A DNA stretch of 64,000 bases, taken from positions 1 to 64,000 of the IMG/VR virus record IMGVR_UViG_3300028832_000004; one strand, given 5' to 3'. Positions 48,081 through 58,286 of the stretch are shown one piece after another. Source of the DNA: a virus (lineage: Duplodnaviria > Caudoviricetes). The notes under the pieces were generated by a model. It had not been told where the DNA came from. It worked only from the letters and a program-made list of their open reading frames with translations, and did no database searches. The stretch's first letter is position 1, and every line of letters starts with the position of its first letter. The position numbers were made by a program, and so were the translations under genes.

Positions 48081-49022
48081 TTAATTTTCAGCCGTGGATG
48101 CATCGGCCGTATCAAGAACGGCCATAAGTGAATTGACTTCATCATCGGCTTCCTTTACGAGGCCGAGAATGCGATTGACAAAGCCGCGAATCTTGTCGGC
48201 GACTCCGGTGAACCAATCCGCAAGCCTTGAGAAGATGCCTTCCCTAATCTTCGATTCGCCAAGGGTATCCGGAAGCGGAATGGCCTTGAGATCTTCGGGG
48301 CTGGCTGCTGCGACGGTTGTCTTCACGGTCTGTTTGACAGTTTCCGCATCTGCCTGGGCCTGATCGAACATATCCTTCATTTCGAGGAGGATGGCGTTGA
48401 TGTCGGAAGCTACAATCGCGTCCGCCGCCTTGACGGCGTCAATTGCCTTTTCCAGCTGCGGACGCATCTTTACGATGAACTCCGCCACTGCCTTGCTTTT
48501 TTGTGAATTGGTGATGGTCGTTGCGGAATAGAGGCCGGTTGTAACGTCGTCACCGGTAAGGCCATACTTTTCCATTTCCGCTTTAGAAACTTCGATATTG
48601 TGAATGCCATCCTCAAGCACGCGCTTCGCATTGGTGGCATACTTGGAAGTAAGGGTATTCACCATGCCGTTGAGCTTATCATCATAAATCGCCTTGCGGA
48701 CGAGGAATACGGCGCTGCGTGCACCCTTAAAAATGCTTTCCTTTTCGGCGTCCGCCTGTGCAAGCGGGCCGTGGATGCGATTGAGGGAGGCTCGCATATC
48801 GGCAGGCTCAATCGCCATTTCCTTTTCAAGTGCTTCCTTTGCGGCCGCAATCTTATTTGCCAGATCCTCGGACACCTGTGCGGATGCCAAGGCTTCCTCG
48901 CAACGGGCAATAAAGGCCTTGTCATCGTCAAGGTAATATCCGAAGTTTGTCATCTTCGCAAGAGAGCCCTTGCGCTTGACGGTGCCGGTAGAACGGGCGC
49001 CTGCTTCGTTATGTGAATTCAT
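48081..49022 (-). CDS. coiled-coil head-associated protein
   Basis: AGGAG RBS; helical; IREGIFSRLADWF. Confidence 0.65.
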   Translation of the reverse strand: MNSHNEAGARSTGTVKRKGSLAKMTNFGYYLDDDKAFIARCEEALASAQVSEDLANKIAAAKEALEKEMAIEPADMRASLNRIHGPLAQADAEKESIFKGARSAVFLVRKAIYDDKLNGMVNTLTSKYATNAKRVLEDGIHNIEVSKAEMEKYGLTGDDVTTGLYSATTITNSQKSKAVAEFIVKMRPQLEKAIDAVKAADAIVASDINAILLEMKDMFDQAQADAETVKQTVKTTVAAASPEDLKAIPLPDTLGESKIREGIFSRLADWFTGVADKIRGFVNRILGLVKEADDEVNSLMAVLDTADASTAEN

Positions 49023-49185
49023 GATTTATCTCCTATAGGGTTTCTTCCATGAAAAATAACAACATTAAGTCGGGACGGGCACATCCCTTGCGCATAGGCG
49101 CGTGTTTTAGCGCATCAAATAAAAAAGCGCCTAAATATCCGCAAAGGAAATTTAAGCGCCGTAAACGCGCGATATGCGCATTTAT

Positions 49186-49392
49186 TTAGATGTCCCAAGG
49201 ACCATCGGAAATATCATCGGGATATGCTCGCACATATGCGCATGATGCCGGTTCAAGCCGTCCAAATACCGCAGGCAAGCTAGTTTCTCCTGCCTGAGTA
49301 ATGGCATCCGCAAGGCGATGAACCATTTCGGTAAATGCCATGCGTCCGGTTTTTTCCGAGTGGACCTTATCGATCAACTCTTTTTGTGTCAT
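49186..49392 (-). CDS. small hypothetical protein
   Basis: CGTATATT element and AGGAG RBS. Confidence 0.6.
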   Translation of the reverse strand: MTQKELIDKVHSEKTGRMAFTEMVHRLADAITQAGETSLPAVFGRLEPASCAYVRAYPDDISDGPWDI

Positions 49393-49435
49393 AATTTCTC
49401 CTTTTTAGAATATGACGATACAATATACGGGATAT

Positions 49436-49466
49436 AAAAAAGGCCCCCGCCGAAACGGGGAACCTT
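49436..49466 (-). terminator. terminator after the major capsid gene
   Basis: CCCCG..CGGGG stem with a T-tract on the minus strand. Confidence 0.6.
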
Positions 49467-49489
49467 CTCCTCAAGGAAAGAAACCTCGA

Positions 49490-51187
49490 TTAACCCTGGG
49501 AGCCTGCGGAACTGCCGCCGCCCACCGCATTGGTGAGAGCCACAACGGCATCCGGGGTGACCGCCGGGGTGCGGGTCAGGACGATGCGGACCACATACTC
49601 GGGGACAACACTTTGGATTGCCTTCCAAGCGGCGATAGCACGCATGTTCTGGAACGGGTTGTTTGCAACCTTGAGAGTGTTCGTGAGGAACACCGGCATA
49701 TAGGTTGCGTCGACCACGGCAGCTTCATACGGGCTGTTCGGGTTAATGTAGCAGCCGATAATTTCGTTCGTTGCCACAATCGTGCTGGAACGAATCACCG
49801 TGATGCCTTCATTTTCAAGGGTACCGTACACATGCGGGCCAATGCCGTTGTGTGCGGGTGCCTGACGCCAGCCGTCCAAGGCCGCAAGGTATTCACAGGC
49901 GGCATAACCGGCAACAATCTTGTTGATGCGGCCACGTCCGGTGCGGACACCGATAAGGGAGCTGCCTGCATTGATCGTGAAGAGCAAGCTCTTACGATGC
50001 TGGGCTTCTGCAATGCCAACCGGGCAGGTGATATTCCAAGTAAGCGGCTTGCCATTTCCGTTGGCTGCCAACTTGAGGGCGCCGATAACCTTTTCGGATT
50101 CGGCCATGGCGAGATGGCCGGAAAGGTCTGCAACCATATCGTCTTCGGCGCTCTTGCCGAAGCGCTTTTGGAACTGGTAGGACTTGAAGTCGCCCTGGAC
50201 TTCCTTCACGCCGAAGATGTGGGCGGTCACGAAGGTGGAAGTCGTTGCGGATTCGATTGTCGGAACATCCGGAGCTTTTTCAAAGTCAACATCGTATGCG
50301 ACAGCGCCGCCAACGATGGCCTTGCCCTGAATCGTACCATCGAACACGAGAACGAGGTTATTGCCCTGCGGGACTACTTCAACGTTGACGCCGTTGCCGA
50401 AGAACTTCGGGAGCTGGCCCGGGCCATCGCAAATACCCTTCAGGTCGACAGTCGCGCCGTCTTCATTTACAAGGCGAACGTCCATCGGAACATTCCAACG
50501 GGTGTTGCCAATGACGTTTTCCAACGTAGCGGCGGAATCGACCACCTTCGCATACTGGCGTTCGCTCATGTATGCGGTCGGGGAGGACTGCCAGCCTTTC
50601 AAGGCGCTAAAGGTAATAGCGTCAAAGTTCTTTGCGGAAATGTCCTTGGACGGAAGCGTGCCTGCGGAAGAGGCGCCTTCGGAACCTGTAGGTGCGCCAC
50701 GGTGGTCATGCCATGTCTTCCACATGCCATTGAACTTGGAGCCCGGTTCATTGCCATCTGCATCCATCCAGCCATCATTCGGAAGTGCCGTTAGGCCTTC
50801 AGTTGCGGTGAACGGATAGCCATGGGTGAAGACCTTCTTGAAGTAGATGATGCCCTGGCATTCATCAATATTCTGCATCGATGCAAGCTGCGGGGCAACG
50901 GTGAGGCCATAGGAAGCGCTGATCAAATCGACGGCGACTGCCGGGAGCTTTCCGAGAGAAGATGCGGAAGAGCCTCCGGAAACGAGATCGGATTCATAGC
51001 GCTTGTAGGCGTCGAGGTTGGAGCCGAGAACAAAACGGGCGTTATCATCAAGTCCGCCCTTGTAGGAATTGGACTTGGCAAGAGCTTCGAACTGTTCGGC
51101 ATAACGACGGTCGTAAGACTCAAGCTGACGCGCGTGCTTGGCAACGAGAGCGTTTTCGTCCATTTTTTCGGTAGTAGGCTGTGCCAT
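49490..51187 (-). CDS. major capsid protein (T4 gp23-like)
   Basis: LASMQNIDECQGIIYF; SAEDDMVADLSGHLAMAE; GRGRINKIVAG; ATYMPV. Confidence 0.88.
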   Translation of the reverse strand: MAQPTTEKMDENALVAKHARQLESYDRRYAEQFEALAKSNSYKGGLDDNARFVLGSNLDAYKRYESDLVSGGSSASSLGKLPAVAVDLISASYGLTVAPQLASMQNIDECQGIIYFKKVFTHGYPFTATEGLTALPNDGWMDADGNEPGSKFNGMWKTWHDHRGAPTGSEGASSAGTLPSKDISAKNFDAITFSALKGWQSSPTAYMSERQYAKVVDSAATLENVIGNTRWNVPMDVRLVNEDGATVDLKGICDGPGQLPKFFGNGVNVEVVPQGNNLVLVFDGTIQGKAIVGGAVAYDVDFEKAPDVPTIESATTSTFVTAHIFGVKEVQGDFKSYQFQKRFGKSAEDDMVADLSGHLAMAESEKVIGALKLAANGNGKPLTWNITCPVGIAEAQHRKSLLFTINAGSSLIGVRTGRGRINKIVAGYAACEYLAALDGWRQAPAHNGIGPHVYGTLENEGITVIRSSTIVATNEIIGCYINPNSPYEAAVVDATYMPVFLTNTLKVANNPFQNMRAIAAWKAIQSVVPEYVVRIVLTRTPAVTPDAVVALTNAVGGGSSAGSQG

Positions 51188-51215
51188 AAGAGGTGTCTCC
51201 TTATAGTAAAATTAA

Positions 51216-51665
51216 TTAGCGCTGAAGACGACCGCGGATTGCCTTGCGGGCTTCTTCAACCGCAGCGGCCTTCTTTGCTTCTTCAGTGGTTTCAGGTTCG
51301 TTGCCGCCTTCCGCAGCGGGGGCTTCGCCTTCGCCAACGGTCACCGACGTAAGGACTTCTTCTTCTTCGAGGTTATCGTGTTCGGCGGTTACAACGGCAA
51401 CGGTGATGCCGCCATCCGGATCTTCGCCCACGACGACCTGTACATTTGCGTCCTTGTCGGAATAGATAACAGATGCGGTATCGGCATCGATGTTGATGTC
51501 TTCAATCTGTTCGCCTTCGCCTTCGCGCATGGAAGCCTTCTTTGCGGCAACAAGTGCTTCGGCTGCCTTGCGTGCAGCACGGCGGGCGGATTCGCGTGCA
51601 ATCACAGATTCACCCTGCGTTGCCGTGCCGCTCTTTGCGCTGTACTTCTTGATAGTACGGATCAT
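51216..51665 (-). CDS. prohead scaffold/core protein
   Basis: Acidic; lies between protease and MCP. Confidence 0.6.
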   Translation of the reverse strand: MIRTIKKYSAKSGTATQGESVIARESARRAARKAAEALVAAKKASMREGEGEQIEDINIDADTASVIYSDKDANVQVVVGEDPDGGITVAVVTAEHDNLEEEEVLTSVTVGEGEAPAAEGGNEPETTEEAKKAAAVEEARKAIRGRLQR

Positions 51666-51735
51666 AATTTTATCTCCTTAAAGAGGTGGTTAACAGTAAT
51701 ATAACTCATTTTAAGAACGTGGGCAACACCCCGTG

Positions 51736-52752
51736 TTATCCCAAGATCCTTTCAAGGCGGGACTTTGTCTTTTTGGGGGTATATGCATTGGATTCCATAA
51801 TACGGAATTCCGGCGTACGGACAATATGTTCCTTCGCAATCATGTCGAACGTGGCGCCCTCATCTAAGCGGGTACGGACATATGATTCATCCAAGCCATT
51901 CTCATTTGCAAAACGGGCAATTTTCAAATCGCGGGTCAATACCGAGTGATCCTCGCACTTTGCGGCCTTGATAATGGACTTTTCGAGCGACGGGATGACC
52001 TCCGCAAAATCCATAAATGAATAGGATTCGGAAAGATGCGTATCGACCATTTCCATCTTGGCGCCGGACTTGTCCAACGATTCGACCATATAATTGCGGC
52101 CATCAAGGAATAAAGGCGCCTTCAACGTTTGGGCGATACGGAGCAAGGATTCAACGGCAAGCAACTTTCCGTCGCTCTTGCCTAAGGATTCGGATACAAG
52201 GGACGGCTGGGCTTCAAGGAAACCCGGATCCTGAACGAAATCAAAGCGTTCAAGGCAATAAGTGTCAGGGTCCATAATATCATCGCCGCTTTCGGTCTTG
52301 CCCTTATAATCGCCGGTAGCACGGGAGCTGATGAAAAGAATTACGCCTGCTCTCAGGTACGTAAGCAGGTTGCGGCCCATCGGGGTATCCATGATAACGG
52401 ATTCGGCATCCCCGGTTTCCCAGTTGATATTTCGGGTGAAATGGGAGCACTTTCCTTCGGCGATGTCCTCGTCCGTAATTTCAGGTTCATGGCCTACGCG
52501 GCCGATTACGGCATTGCGCTTGAGGCGCGCCATAAAGTTTTCGTCCTTCTTCACGCCGGTCCAAAGTTCAGGTGGGTACCAACGATGGTTACGGGAGGTG
52601 CCGCCGGGACAGAAATGTTTGCCCTTGACGATGGCAAGAATGGCGCCGTGGCTATTGTTAACCTCATCCTTAAACGCCTCGGAAATTTTAGCGCGATCTT
52701 CGATAAGGGTGTAGCCTTCAAAAGCGATCTCGTCAACTATTTTGCGTTTCAT
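51736..52752 (-). CDS. prohead protease (T4 gp21-like)
   Basis: SRNHRWYP, GRVGHEP, DTPMG, ISSRATG, FDFVQDPGF. Confidence 0.92.
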   Translation of the reverse strand: MKRKIVDEIAFEGYTLIEDRAKISEAFKDEVNNSHGAILAIVKGKHFCPGGTSRNHRWYPPELWTGVKKDENFMARLKRNAVIGRVGHEPEITDEDIAEGKCSHFTRNINWETGDAESVIMDTPMGRNLLTYLRAGVILFISSRATGDYKGKTESGDDIMDPDTYCLERFDFVQDPGFLEAQPSLVSESLGKSDGKLLAVESLLRIAQTLKAPLFLDGRNYMVESLDKSGAKMEMVDTHLSESYSFMDFAEVIPSLEKSIIKAAKCEDHSVLTRDLKIARFANENGLDESYVRTRLDEGATFDMIAKEHIVRTPEFRIMESNAYTPKKTKSRLERILG

Positions 52753-52786
52753 ATAAATGGATCCTCTTTTAATAGTGAATATATGA

Positions 52787-52813
52787 AAAAAGACGGGTCA
52801 CGACAACCCGTCC
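52787..52813 (-). terminator. terminator after folE
   Basis: GACGGGT..ACCCGTC with a T6 tract on the minus strand. Confidence 0.65.
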
Positions 52814-52833
52814 TCCAAACATTGCGGACAATT

Positions 52834-53523
52834 TTATTTGTTCGAGTTCTTGTCCATTAAGGCGAATGCCTCTGTGCGTGCCGCGTCATTCTCCGTGAAG
52901 ATGCCACGCACGCAACTGGTAGTCGTCTTGGAAGTCTGTTCGGAAGCGCCTCGCATCGAGACACAGGAATGGATCCCGCTAATGCGAACGGCAACGGCAA
53001 TGGCGCCGAGCTTTTCCATAATGGCGTCCGCGATGTTTGCCTGCCAGCCTTCCTGAAGATTCAGGCGGCGGCCATACATCTTGACCATACGGACAATCTT
53101 GGAGAGCCCGACCACCTTGTCTTTCGGGATGTAGGCAACATCCACGCGACAATGCATCGGGGCGAGATGATGGACGCAGTTGGACCACGCATCGGTCGAA
53201 ACAACTACAATGCCCTGCTCGTAAAGGGTCGGGGTGGTGTTTGCGTCAAAGTGGCGATTTTCCGCATCATCCGCCATATTCGGACTGTTCACGGGGAACA
53301 TCTTGTTCAAGAAGTCCGCAGGGTTCGTGCGATAACCTTCGGTCATTTCGGTCCACATCTTGCAAACGCGATGAGGAGTTTCTTTGAGATTATCATCCAG
53401 CTCCTCATCCTCGGAGATGCCAAGCATCTTGCGGATGAGATGTTCTACCATCTTTTCGTCTTCGGCACTAAAGATGTTTTTGGTGACGGACACCTGTTCG
53501 GTGATTTCATATTTGCGTTTCAA
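52834..53523 (-). CDS. folE: GTP cyclohydrolase I
   Basis: ETPHRV, SNCVHHL, AYIP..VVGLSKIVR, RRLNLQE, HSCVSMRG; TTG start after AGGAGA. Confidence 0.93.
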   Translation of the reverse strand: MKRKYEITEQVSVTKNIFSAEDEKMVEHLIRKMLGISEDEELDDNLKETPHRVCKMWTEMTEGYRTNPADFLNKMFPVNSPNMADDAENRHFDANTTPTLYEQGIVVVSTDAWSNCVHHLAPMHCRVDVAYIPKDKVVGLSKIVRMVKMYGRRLNLQEGWQANIADAIMEKLGAIAVAVRISGIHSCVSMRGASEQTSKTTTSCVRGIFTENDAARTEAFALMDKNSNK

Positions 53524-53643
53524 AGGGAGTCTCCTATTGTAAGTATACAAATATACGAAAAGCGGCCCCTCCCGAAGGAGGAGCCGGCTCCGTTTGAGTG
53601 ATAGGAACTCTTACTTAGGCAACCGCAACCAATGGGGTATATC

Positions 53644-54381
53644 CTATTTAAATGGGATATTCTTAACCTGATCGTAGTTATAATATTTCGCGCCGGAAGT
53701 ATCAATGAACGTAAATTGCTTGCGCAAGTCATCTTTATAGCGCCCGCGCTTATATGAAGCTTCCATGTCAGCGGCACATACATCCTTATCATCATACCGC
53801 CAAATATACGAATCGACAAACTTGCTATGCCCCAAAATATCGACATATAGGCGCACGCTGTCGCCATTTACGCCACACCAAGGCTCGCTCGAATCGACCG
53901 CCTTGAAGAAATCGTCAGCGCTCTTGAATTTGCTGGCCGGTATCTCCACGCGATCATCCCCCCAGCCCCATGCTATCTTGACGATCTTTGGTCCGGTAGT
54001 CCCCTGCGCTTTTGGTTCGGCGGGGCTACCTGCAAGAGTATACGGGGCATCGGTTTTGGTATTGCGTTTTACGCCTTTGAGATCATAATAATACGGGCGG
54101 CCCAAATCTTTACATGCTGCGACGTAGTTGCCATGAAGTTCCGGGGAAATGCTGTAAATATAGTAAGGCTTGCCCGACACCTGATCCTTGCCAAGCCCAT
54201 CCGTATTATTGAGCACATTCGAAAGAGCCATATAGCCGGAATAGATACCTTGAAGATCCGTGGCGCGCGCATTATTACCCGTGGCGGCAATGCGGTCGAC
54301 CACCTGAAAAAGGCCGGTCGGCTTATTGCCACGAATAAAGGTAGACGCCTCATTGGTGTTGTAGACGAAATGAATCTTCAC
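53644..54381 (-). CDS. modular protein: domain A (wHTH-like) plus unique C-terminus
   Basis: N-terminal ~95 aa align with 55148..56002. Confidence 0.7.
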   Translation of the reverse strand: MKIHFVYNTNEASTFIRGNKPTGLFQVVDRIAATGNNARATDLQGIYSGYMALSNVLNNTDGLGKDQVSGKPYYIYSISPELHGNYVAACKDLGRPYYYDLKGVKRNTKTDAPYTLAGSPAEPKAQGTTGPKIVKIAWGWGDDRVEIPASKFKSADDFFKAVDSSEPWCGVNGDSVRLYVDILGHSKFVDSYIWRYDDKDVCAADMEASYKRGRYKDDLRKQFTFIDTSGAKYYNYDQVKNIPFK

Positions 54382-55145
54382 TAGTCTTCGCCAAGTTCGC
54401 GCAGAATATTTGCGGCAGCACTGTCGAAATCGCGCTCATATGAAAGCTTGTGGGTGGCAAGATCCACCTCGTAACGGACTTTCTTGGTGGAAGCGCCGTT
54501 ATCGTATGCCGGGGTCTTGAGGTCCTTTTGGATGTAGTAATCCATTGCCTTCAAGGCGGCGTTCTGCAGTGCGATGGAAATTTTCTCATTGGTAAACGGT
54601 GTCACCACGGTTATGCTGCCGGATGCGCCTACCGCATTGTCGGACAATTTCATAGAAACTTCCAACAAGATGGTTGCGTTTTTCAATTCATAGTAGGCAT
54701 CATACCCGCTATTGATTTCAAGGGAGCCGGAGTTCCCTTCATTCGCATGCGCGATAACGGCGCCGTCAGCAGCCTCGGAAGCATTTTCCTTTTTGGCAGG
54801 CTTGATTCGAATCACATAGCAGTCGCAGTGGTAGCCCGCCGAATAAACCTTTTCCATCGACAAAACATAAGCACCTTTGCCATACTTTTGAGTGATGTAG
54901 TCGTTGCCGGCCTTGACAATTTTCTCAAGGTCGTTTCTGTAGTAATAAGGAAACGGAAACAACAGCTTCTTGGTATCGCTATACCACTTGGGGAATGTAA
55001 TGGACGTAGGATTGCCAAATGCATTCGTTGCCGTTACCTTTTCGGGCTGGACACCCTTGAGATAATTCGCAATGTCCTTGACAGCAGCCGTATCTTCCGC
55101 GCTCAAGGCCTCATTCTTCACCAGTTTAATCTTTTTCATATACAC
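54381..55145 (-). CDS. modular protein: unique N-terminus plus domain B
   Basis: C-terminal half aligns with 56027..56467. Confidence 0.7.
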   Translation of the reverse strand: MYMKKIKLVKNEALSAEDTAAVKDIANYLKGVQPEKVTATNAFGNPTSITFPKWYSDTKKLLFPFPYYYRNDLEKIVKAGNDYITQKYGKGAYVLSMEKVYSAGYHCDCYVIRIKPAKKENASEAADGAVIAHANEGNSGSLEINSGYDAYYELKNATILLEVSMKLSDNAVGASGSITVVTPFTNEKISIALQNAALKAMDYYIQKDLKTPAYDNGASTKKVRYEVDLATHKLSYERDFDSAAANILRELGED

Positions 55146-55147
55146 TC

Positions 55148-56002
55148 CTATTTGTAATTCCAGTTGATGATACGCGGGTTGGCCGGATATGGTTCAACGA
55201 ACTGGACCTTTTCATCGGTTTCATACCCGTCCTTATTCACAATCGCGTATTCACCATCATGTTCGCCGGTTGGCTTGAGTTTCAAGCCATTAAAGTATGC
55301 CTTGAATTCGTCCATTGTGGCATCCTCTTTATTGTCCGGATCCCAACCAAGACGGCGAATATAATACTCCCTTGATACAACCGGGCGCCATCCCGCCCCC
55401 TGGCTAAGCTTGTGCGAGAAGGTGAGTTCAATTAGCTCGCAATCCGGGGAGGCATCCCGAGGCTTCAATCGATTGATATAATCCGATGCCTTATTCATAA
55501 CATCCTGGGCGGTCTCCCGGTAGCGCATATCATAGATAAAATTCATCAAGATGCCCTTAATACGATTGTAAAAATCCGCGTCCTTAGGGCCGACATCAAG
55601 CGCACGGCTCAGATCATCGAAATACGAGAAGGTCGCGCTGGTATCTGCGGTATTGGGAAACGGGGGCAAATCATATTTGTCGGCCCTTTTCTTCGGAGTC
55701 GGAGCTTCTCCAGCCGGGGTTCTGCCCAATTCCTTACACGCGGCAATATAATCCTTCTTCAAATCATCTGTAATCGTTAATGCGGGGAAGGACCCCGAAG
55801 TGTCCCGGATAATTCCGGAAGCATTGCGCAATGTCGAATAGAGGACTTGAGGGCGCGTAAAGAACTGATGAAGATCCTTCCCGCGGCATTTGCCGCCATT
55901 TTTCATGATATAGTCCACTATCTCGAAAAGCTTGGCCGGGCGCCCGCCGCGAACCAAGACAGATGCTTCATCCTTGCTGGTCACTAAATGAATTTTTGGC
56001 AT
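55148..56002 (-). CDS. modular protein: domain A (wHTH-like) plus unique C-terminus
   Basis: N-terminus aligns with 53644..54381. Confidence 0.7.
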   Translation of the reverse strand: MPKIHLVTSKDEASVLVRGGRPAKLFEIVDYIMKNGGKCRGKDLHQFFTRPQVLYSTLRNASGIIRDTSGSFPALTITDDLKKDYIAACKELGRTPAGEAPTPKKRADKYDLPPFPNTADTSATFSYFDDLSRALDVGPKDADFYNRIKGILMNFIYDMRYRETAQDVMNKASDYINRLKPRDASPDCELIELTFSHKLSQGAGWRPVVSREYYIRRLGWDPDNKEDATMDEFKAYFNGLKLKPTGEHDGEYAIVNKDGYETDEKVQFVEPYPANPRIINWNYK

Positions 56003-56026
56003 ATGATTCTCCGAGATGCCGCTGCC

Positions 56027-56467
56027 TTACGCTGAAGCGCCTTCGCCAAGTTTTTGAATAATTTTCGAGGCGGCGTCCTTGAAATCTCGAATATTGTTTG
56101 CCGCCACGATAGCATCGGCGGCGCCCTTTCCTACCTGCTTGGTGGATGCACCGCCGTCCTTTGCCGGAGATTTGAGGGTATTTCCCATATAAAAATAAAC
56201 TGCGCTTAATGCCGCATACTGCAATGCTGTAGCAATTCCATCAACCGTAAACGGCACATTCACTATAGCACTGCCGGAAGCGGGAGATACTCCCGGGGCA
56301 AGAATCAAATCGGCTTCAACAATAAGTTTATCGGAAGTTCTTTCATAATAGGCATTGTACGCGTGGTTGACTTCAACCACCCCGGATTTGCCCTCCACTA
56401 TCTTTCTTTCGGCAATAGGGGATCGCGGCATACCTGCTCGGGAGGATATCAGGTTGATTTTTGGCAT
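56027..56467 (-). CDS. modular protein: leader plus domain B
   Basis: Aligns with the C-terminus of 54381..55145; GTATATT element upstream. Confidence 0.7.
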   Translation of the reverse strand: MPKINLISSRAGMPRSPIAERKIVEGKSGVVEVNHAYNAYYERTSDKLIVEADLILAPGVSPASGSAIVNVPFTVDGIATALQYAALSAVYFYMGNTLKSPAKDGGASTKQVGKGAADAIVAANNIRDFKDAASKIIQKLGEGASA

Positions 56468-56515
56468 AAATACTCCGGATAAAAGTTTTCAATAATATAC
56501 CCTTTTTCCGGAAAC

Positions 56516-56929
56516 CTAGGCACCTGAAAGGTGCTCCAGCAATAGGCGCTTCAAGCGTTCCACTGCCTCCTCCAATGGCGGGTCACCCCAAAAGCCAAAC
56601 CCCTCCTTTGTATGAAGGGCGGCGGGATCCTTTATCGGATAGACAAAATCCTTGAATGGGCGCGTCGATGTAAATAGTGCATGAACATCCGTATCGGACA
56701 ATTTCTTGGGCGCCGGGAAGAAATCCAAGAATGGCCATAATAATCCCTTCACGCCGGAATGAGAAACAAGGTCGCCGGTGTCCGGGACCGCCATCCCTTT
56801 TCCCGGGGAATACATGTGCTGGCGATGTACAAGATCGGTGGTCTCCCCAACTATGATCGCCTTACGATAATACTTGGTGCCCAGTAAATTGTCGCCTGCA
56901 AAATAAATGTATTTTTGTTTATCCGCCAT
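56516..56929 (-). CDS. GIY-YIG/T5orf172-like protein
   Basis: YIYFAG..IVGETTDLVHR. Confidence 0.4.
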   Translation of the reverse strand: MADKQKYIYFAGDNLLGTKYYRKAIIVGETTDLVHRQHMYSPGKGMAVPDTGDLVSHSGVKGLLWPFLDFFPAPKKLSDTDVHALFTSTRPFKDFVYPIKDPAALHTKEGFGFWGDPPLEEAVERLKRLLLEHLSGA

Positions 56930-58017
56930 TAACTTTCTACGTGCATCGGGGTCACAACATACTCTTCGCCGATTGCCTGCTTTATGGCATTCGACACAGC
57001 AGCCATATCCGCATCATGATCGGCGCCTTCCGCATGGTTCAAGGACAAAGGCATGCGCACTACTATCATATACCGCGTGGAGTTCAACGATACCTCGCCA
57101 CCGATCGCCTTGATAGCAGATTCAATCAATACCCTCGCCTCATCCGAAATGTCATACGCACTCGGCATAACCGGTGGTTCCTGCCCTCTCGGGGTAGACC
57201 CATCATCATACGGGACAGAATACGGCAGTGTAATCGAGAATGGCGCATAATCGCGCGGATCTGCGCTTGTAAAAGCGACTAATGGTTCATCCGGCACATT
57301 AGGCACCTCCGTGCCATCCACAGCCGTATAGGTATGCGTTTGCGCTTTTCCGAATTGGTCCAGCGATGAGATCGGGAAACCCTTCGGGTCATAAAGATCA
57401 ATGACCAATTTCTCGACCGGATAAACACGGGACCACGCAAATTCGGATACATAGTTCATGTATATCGTGGCGGACCATCCATACGCAAAAAGGTTGCCCT
57501 CCTTGAAATTGACAAGATCAGCCTCGCCCATATTTTGTATGTACGTGAAATTAATGGTCTTATCCTTTACGTATTCCGAATTATAAATATATTCCAAGGA
57601 CAGCGGCATATTGTAGGTGTTTTGGAAGACGGCAGCAAATGCCTCTTCCAAATCCTCAACAGCCTCGGCCTTATTGGACACGAAGGCGCATGCTATCTTG
57701 AATGATGCGGAAACCGTCGATTTTCCTGCCGGGCCGCCCTCCGCATTCGTATCGAGCAGGCGATACCGCTGCCGTACAATCGGGGTAAGGGAAGTGCGAG
57801 TCCAAAACAGGCACATAAACGGACCCGATCGTACATCATCTCGCACGGTCATCTGCTTGCGGCGCATTTCCTTGTCCGCCAATTCATCGGAGAGCCAAGT
57901 GTCCGCCATTTCATTCTCGGAATCATAGACTACGCGCATGCTGTCGTCAAAGCCTTGTTCCTTAAATAAGGCGCGTATCCTTGTCAAATATGCCTGTACT
58001 GCAACGGAGGTGATCAT
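56929..58017 (-). CDS. putative neck/tail-completion protein
   Basis: 362 aa ORF downstream of the portal; position-based call. Confidence 0.45.
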   Translation of the reverse strand: MITSVAVQAYLTRIRALFKEQGFDDSMRVVYDSENEMADTWLSDELADKEMRRKQMTVRDDVRSGPFMCLFWTRTSLTPIVRQRYRLLDTNAEGGPAGKSTVSASFKIACAFVSNKAEAVEDLEEAFAAVFQNTYNMPLSLEYIYNSEYVKDKTINFTYIQNMGEADLVNFKEGNLFAYGWSATIYMNYVSEFAWSRVYPVEKLVIDLYDPKGFPISSLDQFGKAQTHTYTAVDGTEVPNVPDEPLVAFTSADPRDYAPFSITLPYSVPYDDGSTPRGQEPPVMPSAYDISDEARVLIESAIKAIGGEVSLNSTRYMIVVRMPLSLNHAEGADHDADMAAVSNAIKQAIGEEYVVTPMHVES

Positions 58018-58286
58018 TTTTGGCCTCCGGATTCATTCAAGGAAGGGCGGCGAACTATGGTAATTTCAAAATGCTCGTGCAGTGCCTTATGCAATGCAAG
58101 CTTACGATAAAAGCGGCGGCCGGCCAAGGAATGGGTCCAATTCAACATGCCCTTCTTGCGCTTTACCCCGGTGATTGCCCAAGAACGGGAGGTGCGAGCC
58201 GCCTTAATGGGATTCGGCCGATGATATAAATCGTGCATAGCCTTCTTGACGCTATTCGGGTCATGATGCAAAAAATAATCGCTCAT
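58014..58286 (-). CDS. small basic protein
   Basis: Overlaps the portal stop and the next start. Confidence 0.6.
   Translation of the reverse strand: MSDYFLHHDPNSVKKAMHDLYHRPNPIKAARTSRSWAITGVKRKKGMLNWTHSLAGRRFYRKLALHKALHEHFEITIVRRPSLNESGGQK

Noticed and set aside
5820-54500. Long + strand ORFs (e.g. 6882..7790, 27930..29033, 49412..50794, 52969..53601)
   Set aside because: They are antisense shadows of well-supported minus-strand genes and have no recognisable motifs
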